A program made the position numbers and the translations under genes. The notes beneath the pieces were generated by a model. That model worked only from the letters and a program-made list of their open reading frames with translations, searched no databases and was not told the DNA's origin. DNA of 64,000 nucleotides from Macrostomum lignano (Eukaryota): assembly GCA_002269645.1 (NCBI GenBank), contig NIVC01002959.1:64512-128511 (forward strand). The letters are read 5' to 3'. Shown here in pieces: positions 49,143 through 61,741 of the stretch (its first letter is position 1; each line of letters opens with the position of its first letter).

Positions 49143-49148
49143 TATAAA
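49143..49148 (+). promoter_or_regulatory. Probable TATA box of the Not gene
   Basis: CCTATAAATG, 84 nt upstream of the ATG at 49227. Confidence 0.5.
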
Positions 49149-49226
49149 TGCTTTTGCCTGGCCCTGCCAGGCCTCATACAACTCCTTCGAGCATCTCCGA
49201 TTCTATACTAATCACCATTACCTGAC

Positions 49227-49488
49227 ATGGAGCAGTTCATTGCGGCTGCCAGATACTTTCCTTGGTTATATCTGCAGCAGCAGCAGCAGCAGCAACAGAA
49301 GCAGCAGCAACACTCAAAGCAGCTGAACAATCATTCCATACCGTGTCCACCGCTGCCTCTCCCGCCGCCGCCGCCTCTGCAGCCGCAGCAGAGTGTCGGC
49401 TGCTCGACCTTCAACATCGACGAAATTCTCGGGCATAGGAAGAATTCCGAGCAGGTGACGCGTTCGGGCGCGTCTGCAAGCAATGCAG
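49227..49488 (+). CDS. Not: Not/Noto homeobox gene, exon 1 (eh1 motif)
   Basis: MEQFIAAARYFPWLYLQQQ...STFNIDEILG contains the eh1 motif FxIxxIL; donor CAG|GTGAGC at 49489; phase 1 matches exon 2. Confidence 0.8.
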
Positions 49489-49619
49489 GTGAGCTTGGCA
49501 ATGTCTATGGGCTTTTCAGCTCAGAAGACACTTCATCTGAAGGTTATCGCTCAGGTTAGAGCATTTCGGTTCTTAGAGTAACTGCTCCTGATGGACACCC
49601 GATAATGGGCACCTTCACT

Positions 49620-50595
49620 AACACCAAAATTAGAATAGGAGAGCCCAAAATTAGAATCTCTGACACCAAAATTAGAATAGGAGAGCCCAGAATTAGAATC
49701 TCTGACACCAGAATTAGAATCTCTGACACCAGAATTAGAATCTCTGACACCAGAATTAGAATCTCTGACACTGGAATTAGAATCTCTGACACCAGAATTA
49801 GAATCCCTGACACCAAAATTAGAATCTCTGACACCAGAATTAAAATAGGAGAGCCCAAAATTAGAATCTCTGACACCAGAATTAGAAACTCTGACACCAG
49901 AATTAGAATCTCTGACACCATAATTAGAAACTCTGACACCAGAATTAGAATCTCTGACACCAGAATTAGAATCTCTGACACCAGAATTAGAAACTCTGAC
50001 ACCAGAATTAGAAACTCCGACACCAGAATTAGAATCTCTGACACCAGAATTAGAAACTCTGACACCAGAATTAGAATCTCTGACACCAGAATTAGAATCT
50101 CTGACACCAGAATTAGAATCTCTGACACCAGAATTAGAATCTCTGACACCAGAATTAGAATATTTGACACCAAAATTAGAACCTCTGACACCAGAATTAG
50201 AATCTCTGACACCAGAATTAGAATCTCTGACACCAGAATTAGAATCTCTGACACCAGAATTAGAATCTCTGACACCATAATTAGAATCTCTGACACCAGA
50301 ATTAGAACCTCTGACACCAGAATTAGAATCTCTGACACAAGAATTAGAATAGGAGAGCCCAAAATTAGAATCTCTGACACCAGAATTAGAATCTCTGACA
50401 CCAGAATTAGAATAGGAGAGCCCAAAATTAGAATCTCTGACACCAGAATTAGAATCTCTGACACCAGAATTAGAATCTCTGACACCCAAATAAGAACCTC
50501 TGACACCCAAATATGAATCCTGACACCCAAATAAGAACCTCTGACACCCAAATATGAACCTCTGACACCAAAATAGGAATCCTGACACCCAAATT
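49620..50595. repeat. 21-bp minisatellite GACACCAGAATTAGAATCTCT (Not intron 1)
   Basis: About 45 copies with longer variants. Confidence 0.96.
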
Positions 50596-51046
50596 GGAAT
50601 CGAACTGGATGCTCAGCGGTGGTTATTTTGGAAAGCACCTGACAGTCAGCTAAAAAACGGCAACACACTGTTCCTTGAGTGGCGGTGTGACATAAAATGC
50701 TTCTAAAGTTGTGAGCTTATTAAACATAAAAAATTAAACTCAAATTAACAACTGAAGCTCAGTTGTTTGAGTAAACGCACCCAGCCAGTCAATATCATAT
50801 TATGTCTAGCGGATATCAAGATACAGAGACAAAATTGAATTGATATGAATTCAATTTTACACACTTTCAGTGTCAGTGTCCATTTTCATTTTCATTTTCA
50901 GTGTCCACCAGTGTATATTTAAGTTGTATATTACATCGGGTTAGAAATAAAATAGCAACTAGTACCACATGGTTTTAACTGAATGCTTTAATCATGGTTA
51001 AATAAGTATTTAATTAATTAATATTTTTTCTCCCCAGGCTTCCTGA

Positions 51047-51584
51047 GTGTATGATGTGTATGATGTGCATGATGTGTATGATGTGCATGATGTGCATGAT
51101 GTGTATGATGTGCATGATGTGTATGATGTGCATGATGTGTATGATGTGCATGATGTGCATGATGTGCATGATGTGTATGATGTGTATGATGTGTATGATG
51201 TGCATGATGTGCATGATGTGTATGATGTGCATGATGTGTATGATGTGTATGATGTGTATGATGTGTATGATGTGTATGATGTGCATGATGTGTATGATGT
51301 GTATGATGTGTATGATGTGTATGATGTGTATGATGTGCATGATGTGTATGATGTGTATGATGTGTATGATGTGTATGATGTGTATGATGTGTATGATGTG
51401 TATGTTGTGCATGATGTGTATGATGTGTATGATGTGTATGATGTGCATGATGTGTATGATGTGTATGATGTGTATGATGTGTATGATGTGGATAATGTGT
51501 ATGATGTGCATGATGTGTATGATGTGTATGATGTGGATAATGTGTATGATGTATATGATGTGTATGATGTGTATGATGTGTATG
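51047..51584. repeat. 9-bp minisatellite (T/C)ATGATGTG (Not intron 1)
   Basis: About 60 copies. Confidence 0.97.
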
Positions 51585-51880
51585 AGTATATCGCAGTGAA
51601 TGGGAAAGCTGTATGTAGGGGAAAAGCAGAATAAAGTTTGAGGTGTTTATTCGTTGATTTGCCGCCCATTTTTTGTCTGCCTGCCGAGGTATGACTTGAA
51701 TGGACAAAAACTTTTCACTCGTCAAAAGCTCTGCATGATTTTTTTATTTACTTTTTATTCAATGTGAGATAAGGAGAGAAACTACCGAAGGCTAACTATT
51801 TGTCCAGAAATCAGTGACGGGGGGAGTCTAACAATCGCATTTACGACTCTTAAATTTCCCGTAGGGTGTCATTATTAGCA

Positions 51881-52345
51881 AATGAGTGCCTGCGGCGCTA
51901 AAATGAATGCCTGCGGCGCTAAAATGAATGCCTGCGGCGCTAAAATGAATGCCTGCGGCGCTAAAATGAATGCCTGCGGCGCTAAAATGAGTGACTGCGG
52001 CGCTAAAACTGAGTGCCTGCGGCGCTACATTGAGTGCCTGCGGCGCTAAAATGAGTGACTGCGGCGCTAAAATGAGTGACTGCAGCGCTAAAATGAGTGC
52101 CTGCGGCGCTAAACTGAGTGCCTGCGGCGCTAAAATGAGTGCCTGTGGCGCTAAAATGAGTGCCTGCGGCGCTAAAAGGAGTGACTGCAGCGCTAAAATG
52201 AGTGCCTGCGGCGCTAAACTGAGTGCCTGTGGCGCTAAAATGAGTGCCTGTGGCGCTAAAATGAGTGCCTGCGGCGCTAAAAGGAGTGCCTGCGGCGCTA
52301 AAATGAGTGCCCGCGGTGCTAAAATGAGTGACTGCGGCTTTAAAA
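51881..52345. repeat. 21-bp minisatellite GAGTGCCTGCGGCGCTAAAAT (Not intron 1)
   Basis: Variant of the 18044-19113 family. Confidence 0.95.
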
Positions 52346-52798
52346 TGAATGTACATGTAGAATTCTTGGCTTTGGAAATCGCATGTAAATTGCCGCCCCA
52401 AACACCACTACTTCTACTTTGGTTGTCCGCGGATATCGCCATGTGCCAGCGAAGGAAACCATCCGCAGTCTTGAAGTCGCGCCAGCTCTAGCATTTCTCT
52501 AGATAGCTACATGATTGCACGCCAGCTCTAGATAGCTCTAGATACGAGTAGCTACATGATTGCACGATAGGTGTCTGAGCGGTATATTTTTAGATAATTT
52601 CTGTAATTTTTTCGGTCATTGCATTCAATAACAGAAATTGCAGTGGCCCATCGCTCAGGCACACAATAGCTGTGGCTCCAATTGCACAGGAGCAGAAAAA
52701 ATTGGTCTCTTTAAGATAATAATCGTCGTTTGTTTATTCAACACCTGCTCGTCAAAACATGAATTGCCATTACCCCTGCTTTTCCAATCAACAACCAG

Positions 52799-52980
52799 GT
52801 TTGCAGCTGCAGCACCAGCCTACAGGTAGAAGCAAGCGAATCCGCACCATTTTTACACCTGACCAGCTTGAACGACTCGAGGCTGAGTTCGAGAGGCAGC
52901 AGTATATGGTTGGCTCGGAGCGGTTCTACCTGGCTGCGGAGCTAGATCTCACCGAGGCCCAGGTGAAGGTGTGGTTCCAG
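52799..52980 (+). CDS. Not: Not/Noto homeobox gene, exon 2 (homeodomain helices 1-3 up to WFQ)
   Basis: [50 protein letters not shown] carries the Not-family signatures RTIFT..QLERLE.EF..QQYMVG.ER; acceptor CCAG| and donor |GTAAGT. Confidence 0.93.
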
Positions 52981-53077
52981 GTAAGTGCTAATTAATGAAT
53001 GTTGGGGGCAGATGCTGGCTCCGAGGCCCCGAAAACCACGGGGTTTGGGCCATTTTTTTATTAGAGGCAGGGGGGTT

Positions 53078-53410
53078 GTGTGCACCCTGGCGCACTTTAA
53101 GCGACATTGGCACACAACTGGCGAGAGGCATTACTGCCCATTCCACCGACTCCCCTGAGCAGGCATACAAGCGCGCGGATACGTACGCAGGCACACACTC
53201 ACACAGGAGTGTACAGCGGCCCTAACTTTATATTATCGTTAGGCATGTACACTTCACTGCGCCTTGGGGGGTTGGCTCTCAAGGCCGTTAATTGCACGAG
53301 CAGAGCCAAGCCGAGATTCCAATTCAGCCCCAAATTAATTTGACTGCACTTGGAATCGAGCTTGGGTCGCTGGCACACCAGAGCAGCTGCGCTACCGCTG
53401 GGCTACGGCC
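53078..53410 (-). mobile_element. tRNA-derived SINE, copy 2 (Not intron 2)
   Basis: The minus-strand head GGCCGTAGCCCAGCGGTAG...AGCTCGATTCCAAGTGCAG has A/B-box-like motifs; the body matches 22721-23033. Confidence 0.78.
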
Positions 53411-53685
53411 CCCCTGGGTTTGGGCCATAGACAACAGCTGCTGCTGATTATTGAGAGCGGCAGAAGCTACAGTCTATGGTCGGAGCCCATCTAGGGATAG
53501 ATAGATCTGCGATTGTGAGAGCCTGTGCGTCCTCAGGCGGCGGGGGGTCGGCGGGATGAGCACTCAAATTTCCACAAATTCCATCGAGTTTAAAACCTGT
53601 TCAAAATCTTCAAGTAGGAGATTAAGCTACTTGGCAGAACACTTCGGGAATTTGAGTCATCAGCTCTTCTACCTGATCCCCGCAG

Positions 53686-53835
53686 AATCGCCGTATTAAG
53701 TGGCGCAAGCAGAACCTGACCGAGCAACGCAGCCAGCTGTTGCACCTCAGGCCCGACATCAGCAATGATGGTGGGCAGTTCCGGGAGGCTGCAGCTGCTG
53801 CTGCCAGTCCCGCGGTCTCCAAAGCGTCGCGCTAA
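53686..53835 (+). CDS. Not: Not/Noto homeobox gene, exon 3
   Basis: Acceptor CCCCGCAG|, then NRRIKWRKQNLTEQ...SKASR* (TAA 53833-53835). The spliced product is 197 aa. Confidence 0.92.
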   Translation, partial: NRRIKWRKQNLTEQRSQLLHLRPDISNDGGQFREAAAAAASPAVSKASR

Positions 53836-55802
53836 AATCAGCTAGTTGGCTGTAGCCAACTACAGCCTGTCTGAGCTGTCGCCAGCTTCATCCTCCGACC
53901 AGGATGCTGGAGAGCCCTGCGCCTGAGTGGCTCACGTTTTTATTGTGATCTTTTTGCAAAACAGTCCCCCCTCCCTACTTTTTGCTCTGGTATAAAAACG
54001 CTACATGGACAACTGAAGTTCAAGGACGCTGCACTCAAAACTCGCTCAAAAACCTCACAATTTTATCAAGGTATTTTTCTTCCTGAAATGCCATCGGAGA
54101 CCGGCAAACAACCAAAGTTTCAGCTGCTCCTGTCTCTTTCAGTGTGTTTTTTTCTATACAGATTTTTTCATTTCTAATTTGTCCCATCGGGAAGCCCCAT
54201 TTAGCGCTCATGCAAAAAAGCAAATCTTCTCAAAATCTGTTTAAAAAAACATTTTCTCTATATAAATTTAGCAGCATCACTGACCGAACGGAACACGTGC
54301 TCGATTAATTTGAGATTTTCGAATGCAGCGTCCTTCTGCATCAGCTGTTCATTGGACTCCACAGGAGCAAATTTCGTCACAAAACCTTTCAAATAGCAAA
54401 AACTGAAGCCAGCAGACGAATCTCTGTGAATTAGCGTATTACAGATGGGATACAGTTAGAAGAAGGGAGTTCAACCAGAATCTAGGCATCTAGATTACCG
54501 TATTTTTGTGACGAAAATTGTTCTACAATATTTTAGTACGTACTTCTAACGTACAAAGTATATCGCCCTCAGTTGTTCGCATTGTAAGTTTGCGTAATTT
54601 CCTCTTTGGTCTTCATGTTGTGTCTATGAGTGGAGTTGTTTTGTGAGCATTTTTTTCCGTTTTATAACGAAATATTTTTACTTTGCTGTGCGCTTCTTTA
54701 TTATAATCGTGCCGTACTGGAGTGCTTCTGACGTCATTAGATCCCGATTTGTCCCTAATCCACGCATATATTGACTGATACTGCAAAAAATTTACACAAT
54801 GTATTTTTCAGTTTGTGCGCACCTTTAATCTGTTGTTCTAAAATTCCAAAATCGTCGTTTCATTACGGCTAATTGATTGATTAAAGCTGTTTTACAAGTT
54901 CGAATAACATCAGTTCGAAGAACGCACGAGCTAGACGTGAAATTCGGTGAGCTGTTTTCAACTGAACTCAACCTCCCGTGCGCGCACTGCTCCTTCTGAG
55001 ATGATTTTGATATCGTTCAGTTCCTTTGACGTGCTGCAGTTTCCGCGCGCGCACACAGATGCTGTAATGTTGTCTTCACCGTTTGCTTCTCTATCGCACC
55101 TGCCTCCGATGTAAATTTTGCTTTATTATCATGCAAAATCTTTCCACCTCCAAATCCTAAATTGCCGTTCGCTTTTTCGCCGAAGCCTTGATTTCATCGT
55201 CAAATCACCGAGGAAAAAAGAACCAAATAGGCAAAAAAGGCAGACTTCAACAACTGCCTCCGTCGTTTGAGAGCTAGACAATCAAGCCAAACTGCCTCTG
55301 TGTCTTTTCGATGTGTTTAATTACCCTAACTATTCTGCTTTGAGAGTGGCGACAAACGAATAAGAAAATAGTTAATCACGAAAATTTTCCGAGGAGAAAA
55401 CGTCTATTCAAAATCAAGATAATTTCTAGTCCAAACAGATGGCTAAATCGGGAACTTCTATCTGCTGCCACCTGCCCTTATCTGCCACACAAAAGCATCC
55501 AATGTTCGTGTTTTCTCGCATCGCAAGACTTACATGCAGAAATCTAGTAATATTTATGCGAATGAAACTATTTGCCACAGTTTACTAGAATATGATAATA
55601 CATGGCGTTAAACTTCGTTTTGTTAATAAATAGTAATAAATTTTGTTAATAAACTATCATTAAATATGCAAATATAATAGCGAATATTGACGGATGACTT
55701 TAGGACAGCATCTACAATCACCCTCCACACCCAGAATCAAACGTCACCCTCCGCTTCTGCAGTCAATTTTCACATCTGCAATCAACTCTCCGATCTGATC
55801 GT

Positions 55803-58562
55803 CTATTTGGCCAGCTTATTGGCAGCTTCCATGATGACGCTGTGGGCAAAGCGGATGTCCTTTGACTCGCACTGGCTGGAGCACACTACAAAGCGAAGAA
55901 AGTACACGCCACTGGAGTGAAACTTGGACGCCACCAGGTGAATTCGTTGGTCCTCGCGTAGAGTTCGGTACAGCGCCTCCGTGGCTTCGTTGGCGCCCTG
56001 TGATTTGGTGGTAACGCTGACTTGCTTTTATGCAGTGTCAGAACTCAGAGAAGTCAAACAGCTCTCTCTGAACCCATCTCATTTAAATTTTATTCATCCA
56101 ATCGGACTCTAACAATACGCATACCAACGTGTATGCAAACAGTGTGCATACCTTTAGCCGGAAGCACACGAGACCAAGCGTAACCTCTTCGACAACTTCA
56201 AAGCGACCATTGGCCAGAATCAGAGCTTCAAACTCCTTGGCCAGAGAGACGTGCTGGAATTAGCGAATATTAGAAATTCTAACACTTTTGAACCAGTTTT
56301 TCCGGACTGTTGATCTTCAAACTCACCTTTCTTATGTAGGCCTGAAGTCCGCTGATGCCGAAGCACCTCATGACGAACCAGATCTTCAGCGAGCGGAATC
56401 GACGCCCCAACGGAATTTGCCAGTGCTGAATATAAAAAAAAATCGTATTTAATTTTGTCACGACTTGCAAACTGACAGTCCCAGGTGGTTTTGCTGCAAT
56501 TCCGATTAATCTGAATCAGTAAGTTAAAGCAAACAATTGAATTGAATTTGATGTCGTAAGCTCGGCTCGACAATGGGCTTTGTGAAATGCATGCTTATCC
56601 ATTGTTTCATTGAGATTTCATCATATCATCAACGAAGAAGCCTGCATCATAAGTGGCTCAGTGGTGTCGTACAGACCGGTAAAAATGAATTTGAAAATTC
56701 ATCTGGCTAATTAAAATTATGCTTCACTGACGAATGAATATATTTTTTGAGACCTACGTTGAAACCATCCTTCAACAAACAATATTACCCCTCGTATTTG
56801 GATTACTTTATTACCTGTTGTCTCGCGTCACGTAAGTTTCATATGTTGGCCGTTTTTTGCCAGGTAAGTAATATTATCGCGATACACTGATGAACATTGG
56901 AGAGGTGACTGTGTACTGGTGACGGATGTTGTAAAGGTAGTTATGCAATGGTGATACATTAGTGGACATTGTAGATGAGTGTGCAGTGGTGTTACATTAG
57001 TGAACACTATAGAGGTGACTATGAAGCACTTGGATGATTCCTAGGCCAAAATATGTATGAGGTACAGATTTATTAAAGATTTCTGTTGCTCAAAATCGCA
57101 TAGAAACCACTTTACCCTGTAGTCAGGCTGACCAGTGAACTCGTGCTTAAGGTAGATTGGATCTGCAGAGAAAATTTCCACAATTTTGCTGGCATCTCGC
57201 AGAAACAGAGCCGAACAGTCGAATGTGACCAGCATCCACTTGTGCGGATTGAAGTTGAACGAATCTGCCAGCTGTGAATCAAATGGGTCAAATGTGTTCA
57301 TTGCGAAGATACAAGATAATCTGTGTACGAAATTTCAATATCCGAGCGTTATTGTTTACCTCGATTCCATCGGCAAAGTTCCTCAGCTCAGGGCACAGCA
57401 GGGCCGATCCAGCATATGCGGCGTCAACGTGACACCATAGTCCCTCCCGATTACCTATAAAAGTGAAAATTGGATCATGTATAAAAGCCACTTCCCAGAA
57501 AGTTGACTGAGAAGTAGGTCTCACAGATTTGTCCCAGTTCTCTAACGTTGTCGAATGCGCAGGAACTCGTAGTGCCCAACGTGGCGATGCACTATGGACG
57601 AGAGAGGCAACATTGACATTGGAATTCTGTTGAGCTCATTCTCACAGAAACCGGTGTTTAGCTGGAAAACACCTACCAGTATCGGAACGAGACCTTTGGC
57701 TCTGTCCTCAGCGATTGCCTGCTTGAGAGCGTCGCCACGGAGCGAGTGCTTCTCGTCAGTTTTAAGCGATCGAATGCGAACGAAGGCCAGCTTGGCGGCG
57801 CGTTCCACGGAGCTGTGAGCCTGGAAGCGAAGTCAACTCAATATCTTACATGTACTTACTTACTTCGCAGGTGGCAGACAGAAATCAAGGTAACAGTTGA
57901 CCCCGCATCCAGCAAGTAGTTATGAACATTCATACTTCACGTATAGATAGGTAGGTACACGCATGAAAAGCCGAGCACAAACTCAGGTATTTTTTGGGGT
58001 TATTATCGCGTTATTACATACACTCTGCCCACCGATCCTACCCCCCCCCTAGCAGTCAATCTAGATCCAATGAAACTCCTAGAAAGTGTCAACAAGCCGC
58101 ACTCACCTCTTCGGAGGTGTAAGCCACCAGCCTGGCGAGCAGTTCGCAGGGCTCGCCCTGAGGCTCAGCTGCCTGCAGCTTGGCGATGGCGTCGTTCCTT
58201 GCACCCAGGAAGACCATCAGCGAGGCCTCGCTAGCGGTGCCCTGGATGACGCCGCCGCCGCGGCCGCCAGAACTGAACAGAAAGTGGTCCGGCAGGCCCA
58301 GAGCCTTGGCCAACCAGTCCATCATGACAGTCTCCAGCTCTGTGCACGCGGGACTGGCGATCTGAGCGGATCGCGATTCCGGGAATTAACTCTATCTAAA
58401 AAATATTCACGTTGACAACTCAGCCTCTCCCTCATCTGCTCTGCTCACCCAGGAGAATCCGATACAAGCGATGGCGTCGCTCAGCATGTCGCCCAGGATG
58501 GCCGGGTACGAGCTGGCGGTCGGGTAATAGGCGTGGAAATTCGGGTGATGCCAGTTGGTCAC
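55803..58562 (-). CDS. Ddc: Aromatic-L-amino-acid (DOPA) decarboxylase; 9 coding exons, N-terminal ~70 aa missing from the window
   Basis: Exons (minus strand): 58562-58449, 58361-58107, 57820-57677, 57591-57525, 57454-57360, 57271-57116, 56425-56327, 56253-56152, 55997-55803. All are GT-AG with consistent phases. Motifs: [40 protein letters not shown] (Ddc-like rather than Tdc/Hdc), [15 protein letters not shown]-lysine [23 protein letters not shown]. Confidence 0.96.
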
Positions 58563-59599
58563 CTTGAGCAGGAATTTAAGGAGGGATGAAGCGGGCAGTA
58601 GCTACTGCGTGCAGACTTGAAATTGTATTTGCGGAGAGCAAAAAGTTCTTACAAGCATGTGCGCACAATCAGGTTAAGTAGGCCAACGCGCTAGTTAGTC
58701 AGTCAACCCCAACCCCCACGTAGCTCAGACTGGGTGGGCGAACCCCCCCCCCCACTCCTAATCTCCGGGGTTGGGTGGCGCATAGACGCGGCGTGATGAG
58801 CAGGTGGGCGCGAGAGCACCTAAACGGCCGTCTTCAGGTGCGCTTGCACTTGCCCGCCACAGGGAGGTGTTTAAACCCAGAATGAAATGAAAATTTCAAA
58901 GAAAAAAGTGTTCTTCCTACTATCTTCCTACTAAGAGTAGCATATTAAGAAGCTAGTAGAAGCTTTAACCGTATCTTATGTCACGAGACTGAGGATTTTA
59001 CCTACCTCTATCAAGACACAGATTCCTTGAGAAACTAACGAAGCCTTATTAACAAATCACATTCATCATATGTAGATTTAAATAGATATAGTTTGTTTAA
59101 CTGATCCCAGAGTTTGCTCTTTATTTGCTTTTTTGTTCTTCAACATTTTCAAATAAACTTCAGAACTTGACAGCCGTTTGAATCGATCTAGACTATAGCC
59201 GACTGGCGGCCACCAAAGATGTATATTGCAATGAAAATGACCCTCTCTCCTAAGACTATAATTATATATACAAAACAAACACTAAGGAACGAAGTCCTCA
59301 CTTTCTTTTGAAAGGCAAATGTCAAGTTGAGCGCCTCAACTGAGCCCCGACTTGAGCAATACAGCTCAAACTAAGACTAAAAGACTCAAAACAAACACAC
59401 TGAATGGACCCTAAAAGCTAAGCGAACCCTAAAAGCTAAGTGGTTTTAGGGTAGAAGTTTGAAGCCAACAGCTTACAATATGTTTCTTCGGTTGGTTACC
59501 TGAGAATGACAAAGTTCGCGTGAAGATTTTGAGAGATTTTGCGATATTTTATCATAAATTTAAAAGTAAAAAGCTGCAGGACGTTAAAGAAGATTAGTC

Positions 59600-59985
59600 C
59601 AACAACAACAACAACAACAGAATACGCAGTTAGCGTAACAAGGCGCGCCTCAAGGCCACGTCGCGAATGAACGCCACGCCGCCGGCCGAATCCGGGGCGC
59701 CGGCGTCAGCCAGCAGGCAGTCGACGAAACGCCGAGTGTGCGCCTGTAGGATGCCTGCTGGTAGGGTGCCTGCAGCGTTAGCAGCAGCACCTCCTGCACC
59801 GGCTGTGGGCAGTACGTCTCGGCGCGGATGATGTGGCCTGCCAGCTGGGGTCGCCGACGGCGCAATAGGTCGCTTGGACCGACCAGGCCCGCGCGGTGAT
59901 ACAAAGCCGCGTTGGTCACTCGCTCGTAGCCGATCTTGAAGGCGGCGCGCAGCAGGCCAGCGTGCGCCGCGTCAACTTGTTGCTC
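59600..59985 (-). mobile_element. 5'-truncated LINE (RTE-like) 3' fragment with (TTG)n tail
   Basis: QQVDAAHAGLLRAAFKIGYERVTNAALY...QLAGHIIRAETYCPQPVQEVLL, then frameshifted ...RRFVDCLLADAG...* (stop 59632-59630), typical of the post-RT region of non-LTR elements; (AAC)n at 59600-59619 on the plus strand. Confidence 0.75.
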
Positions 59986-60135
59986 GATTTTGATCCGTTG
60001 TAATAATATAGCTTTTTTCAGCCCAATTTGGCCTACGCGCATTAAATTTAATCCAAGATAGGTTTGCGAATGTAATGAAGCTTTTGTCTATGGCAGCAAG
60101 GCTGGCACAGCGGCATTTAATTTGGTCCAACAAGC

Positions 60136-60173
60136 CATGGACTTCTATACTTAGCTAAGTATAGAAGTCCATG
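60136..60173. mobile_element. 38-bp perfect palindrome flanked by 7-bp direct repeats
   Basis: CATGGACTTCTATACTTAG|CTAAGTATAGAAGTCCATG, with AACAAGC at 60129-60135 and 60174-60180. Confidence 0.7.
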
Positions 60174-60184
60174 AACAAGCATTA

Positions 60185-60520
60185 ATTTGGTCCAAACGCT
60201 CGTGAGCCATTCGGCAAACTCTTGTCTCCTCGCAACCGCCTGCAGGCTGTTGCGTACCGCTGGAATGTCAGCGTCTCTACCAACAATTTTCAGTCGCTTT
60301 TCCAGAGCTCTGCTGATAGTCCAAATCTGATAACCAGCTGGAACTGTTCCTTCAACTTCTGTTGCATTTTCTGCAACGTCAACAAAGGGTTCGTCTCAAC
60401 TGCATCGAGTAGCAGTTGGACCTGAGGCTCTCGAGCAACTGGACTTGGCGATTGCCACCCTTTCGCAGACAATCTCTGACAGCAGAGTTTCAACGCGCTG
60501 ATGGATGCTGCAAATCATCG
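60185..60520 (-). pseudogene. Decayed Tc1/IS630-like transposase N-terminal fragment
   Basis: LLDAVETNPLLTLQKMQQKLKEQFQLVI (HTH-like), then after a frameshift KRLKIVGRDADIPAVRNSLQAVARRQEFAEWL. Pattern recognition only. Confidence 0.4.
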
Positions 60521-60655
60521 TTTCTTTTACGAGTACATTCAGCAAACTTGCAATGTCCTTTGGGTGTTCACCTCTGGCATTTGTTCAAAAGCCTACGAGG
60601 GGTATTCAAAAAGTTTTGGCAACAGGCTACTAAAATCTAGTTAGGTCGAAGTGCA

Positions 60656-60728
60656 GTCCGGAAAAATTGCCAACGAGGAGCGAAGCGAGCGAAGCGAGCG
60701 TAGCTCCTCGTTGGCAATTTTTTCGGAC
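60656..60728. repeat. 26-bp inverted repeat hairpin with GAAGCGAGCGAAGCGAGCG loop
   Basis: Arms at 60656-60681 and 60703-60728 with one mismatch. Confidence 0.85.
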
Positions 60729-61741
60729 AAACGAGACCGAGATAAGATGTCCCGGAGACTCCCCCAACGTAAAATCAACGTTTTAGAAAATAAAATTGAT
60801 GCAGAGTTAAAACCACTTGAGATGAAACCATGTGTGACCCCTCTATGGACGTAAAACATTTAGGGCTACAAGATGTGTGACGTGAAAGTTCCATAGCAAC
60901 GCGTCTTGGTTGCCATGGCAACAAAAAAGTGACTTTTTTTAGACCCGTCCAAATCTTGAATCTCAAAAATAAGGATTCACAATATGGAGTCAAAAATTGA
61001 TTGAACCCAACTTTTGGCGAATTTTCAGACCTTCAAGACACTGATTGGTTATTTTCCGCTAAATGCTTACCTTGATAGGTAATTCTGTAAAAGTGTGTTT
61101 TTTAAGTGTCAAAAAATGCGCATTTTTATCAACTTTCAACTGACGCAGCTCAAAGGTCGCGCGTCAGCGCGACCTTTGAGCTGCGTCATTCTAACAATGG
61201 CACCTGGGACTCTTACATGACGCACGACTTTAACCAAGATACTCACTTTAACTGTACATTCGCACCTGTTAATTACATTCGAATATTCGACGGGTAGGTA
61301 TTCGAACCGAAATAAAGGAAATTCAACCTTGTTGCGAGACTCTAAAAAGTACATGAATGCGGTCATTTAGGTAAGATCTACATGTTTATAATACATTTTG
61401 AGCCGTTTCGTTGCACTGACTCTGAGCCATACACTGCTAAAGTCGATAAACGTGATTTAGGCTATTTTTATGTATTTTTCATGATACAAATGTACAAAAA
61501 ATAAGAAACGACGACATGCTAGGAAAATCAGACTTTTTAGGCAAGGTGCACAACTAAATTGCGCACAATATGTATATTTTGAAATTTCGTCTTAGTTTAT
61601 TGAAGTCGCTGCCGGTACAGAAATGTACTTTAACGACGGTACGGGGGGCTTGCATATCGAACATACTTTTTAGCCTGTAACTTTTGAGCGGATTACCGGA
61701 GCGCGACGCGCTTGGTGTCATTGAACTACATTTTAGATGTA

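Noticed and set aside
49227-49559. 110-aa single-exon gene
   Set aside because: Reads through the donor at 49489; it is exon 1 of Not.
49551-52491. ORFs of 130-370 aa (VRDSNSG, ISDTRIR, HHTHHT, YDV, LILAPQA)
   Set aside because: Satellite frames inside Not intron 1.
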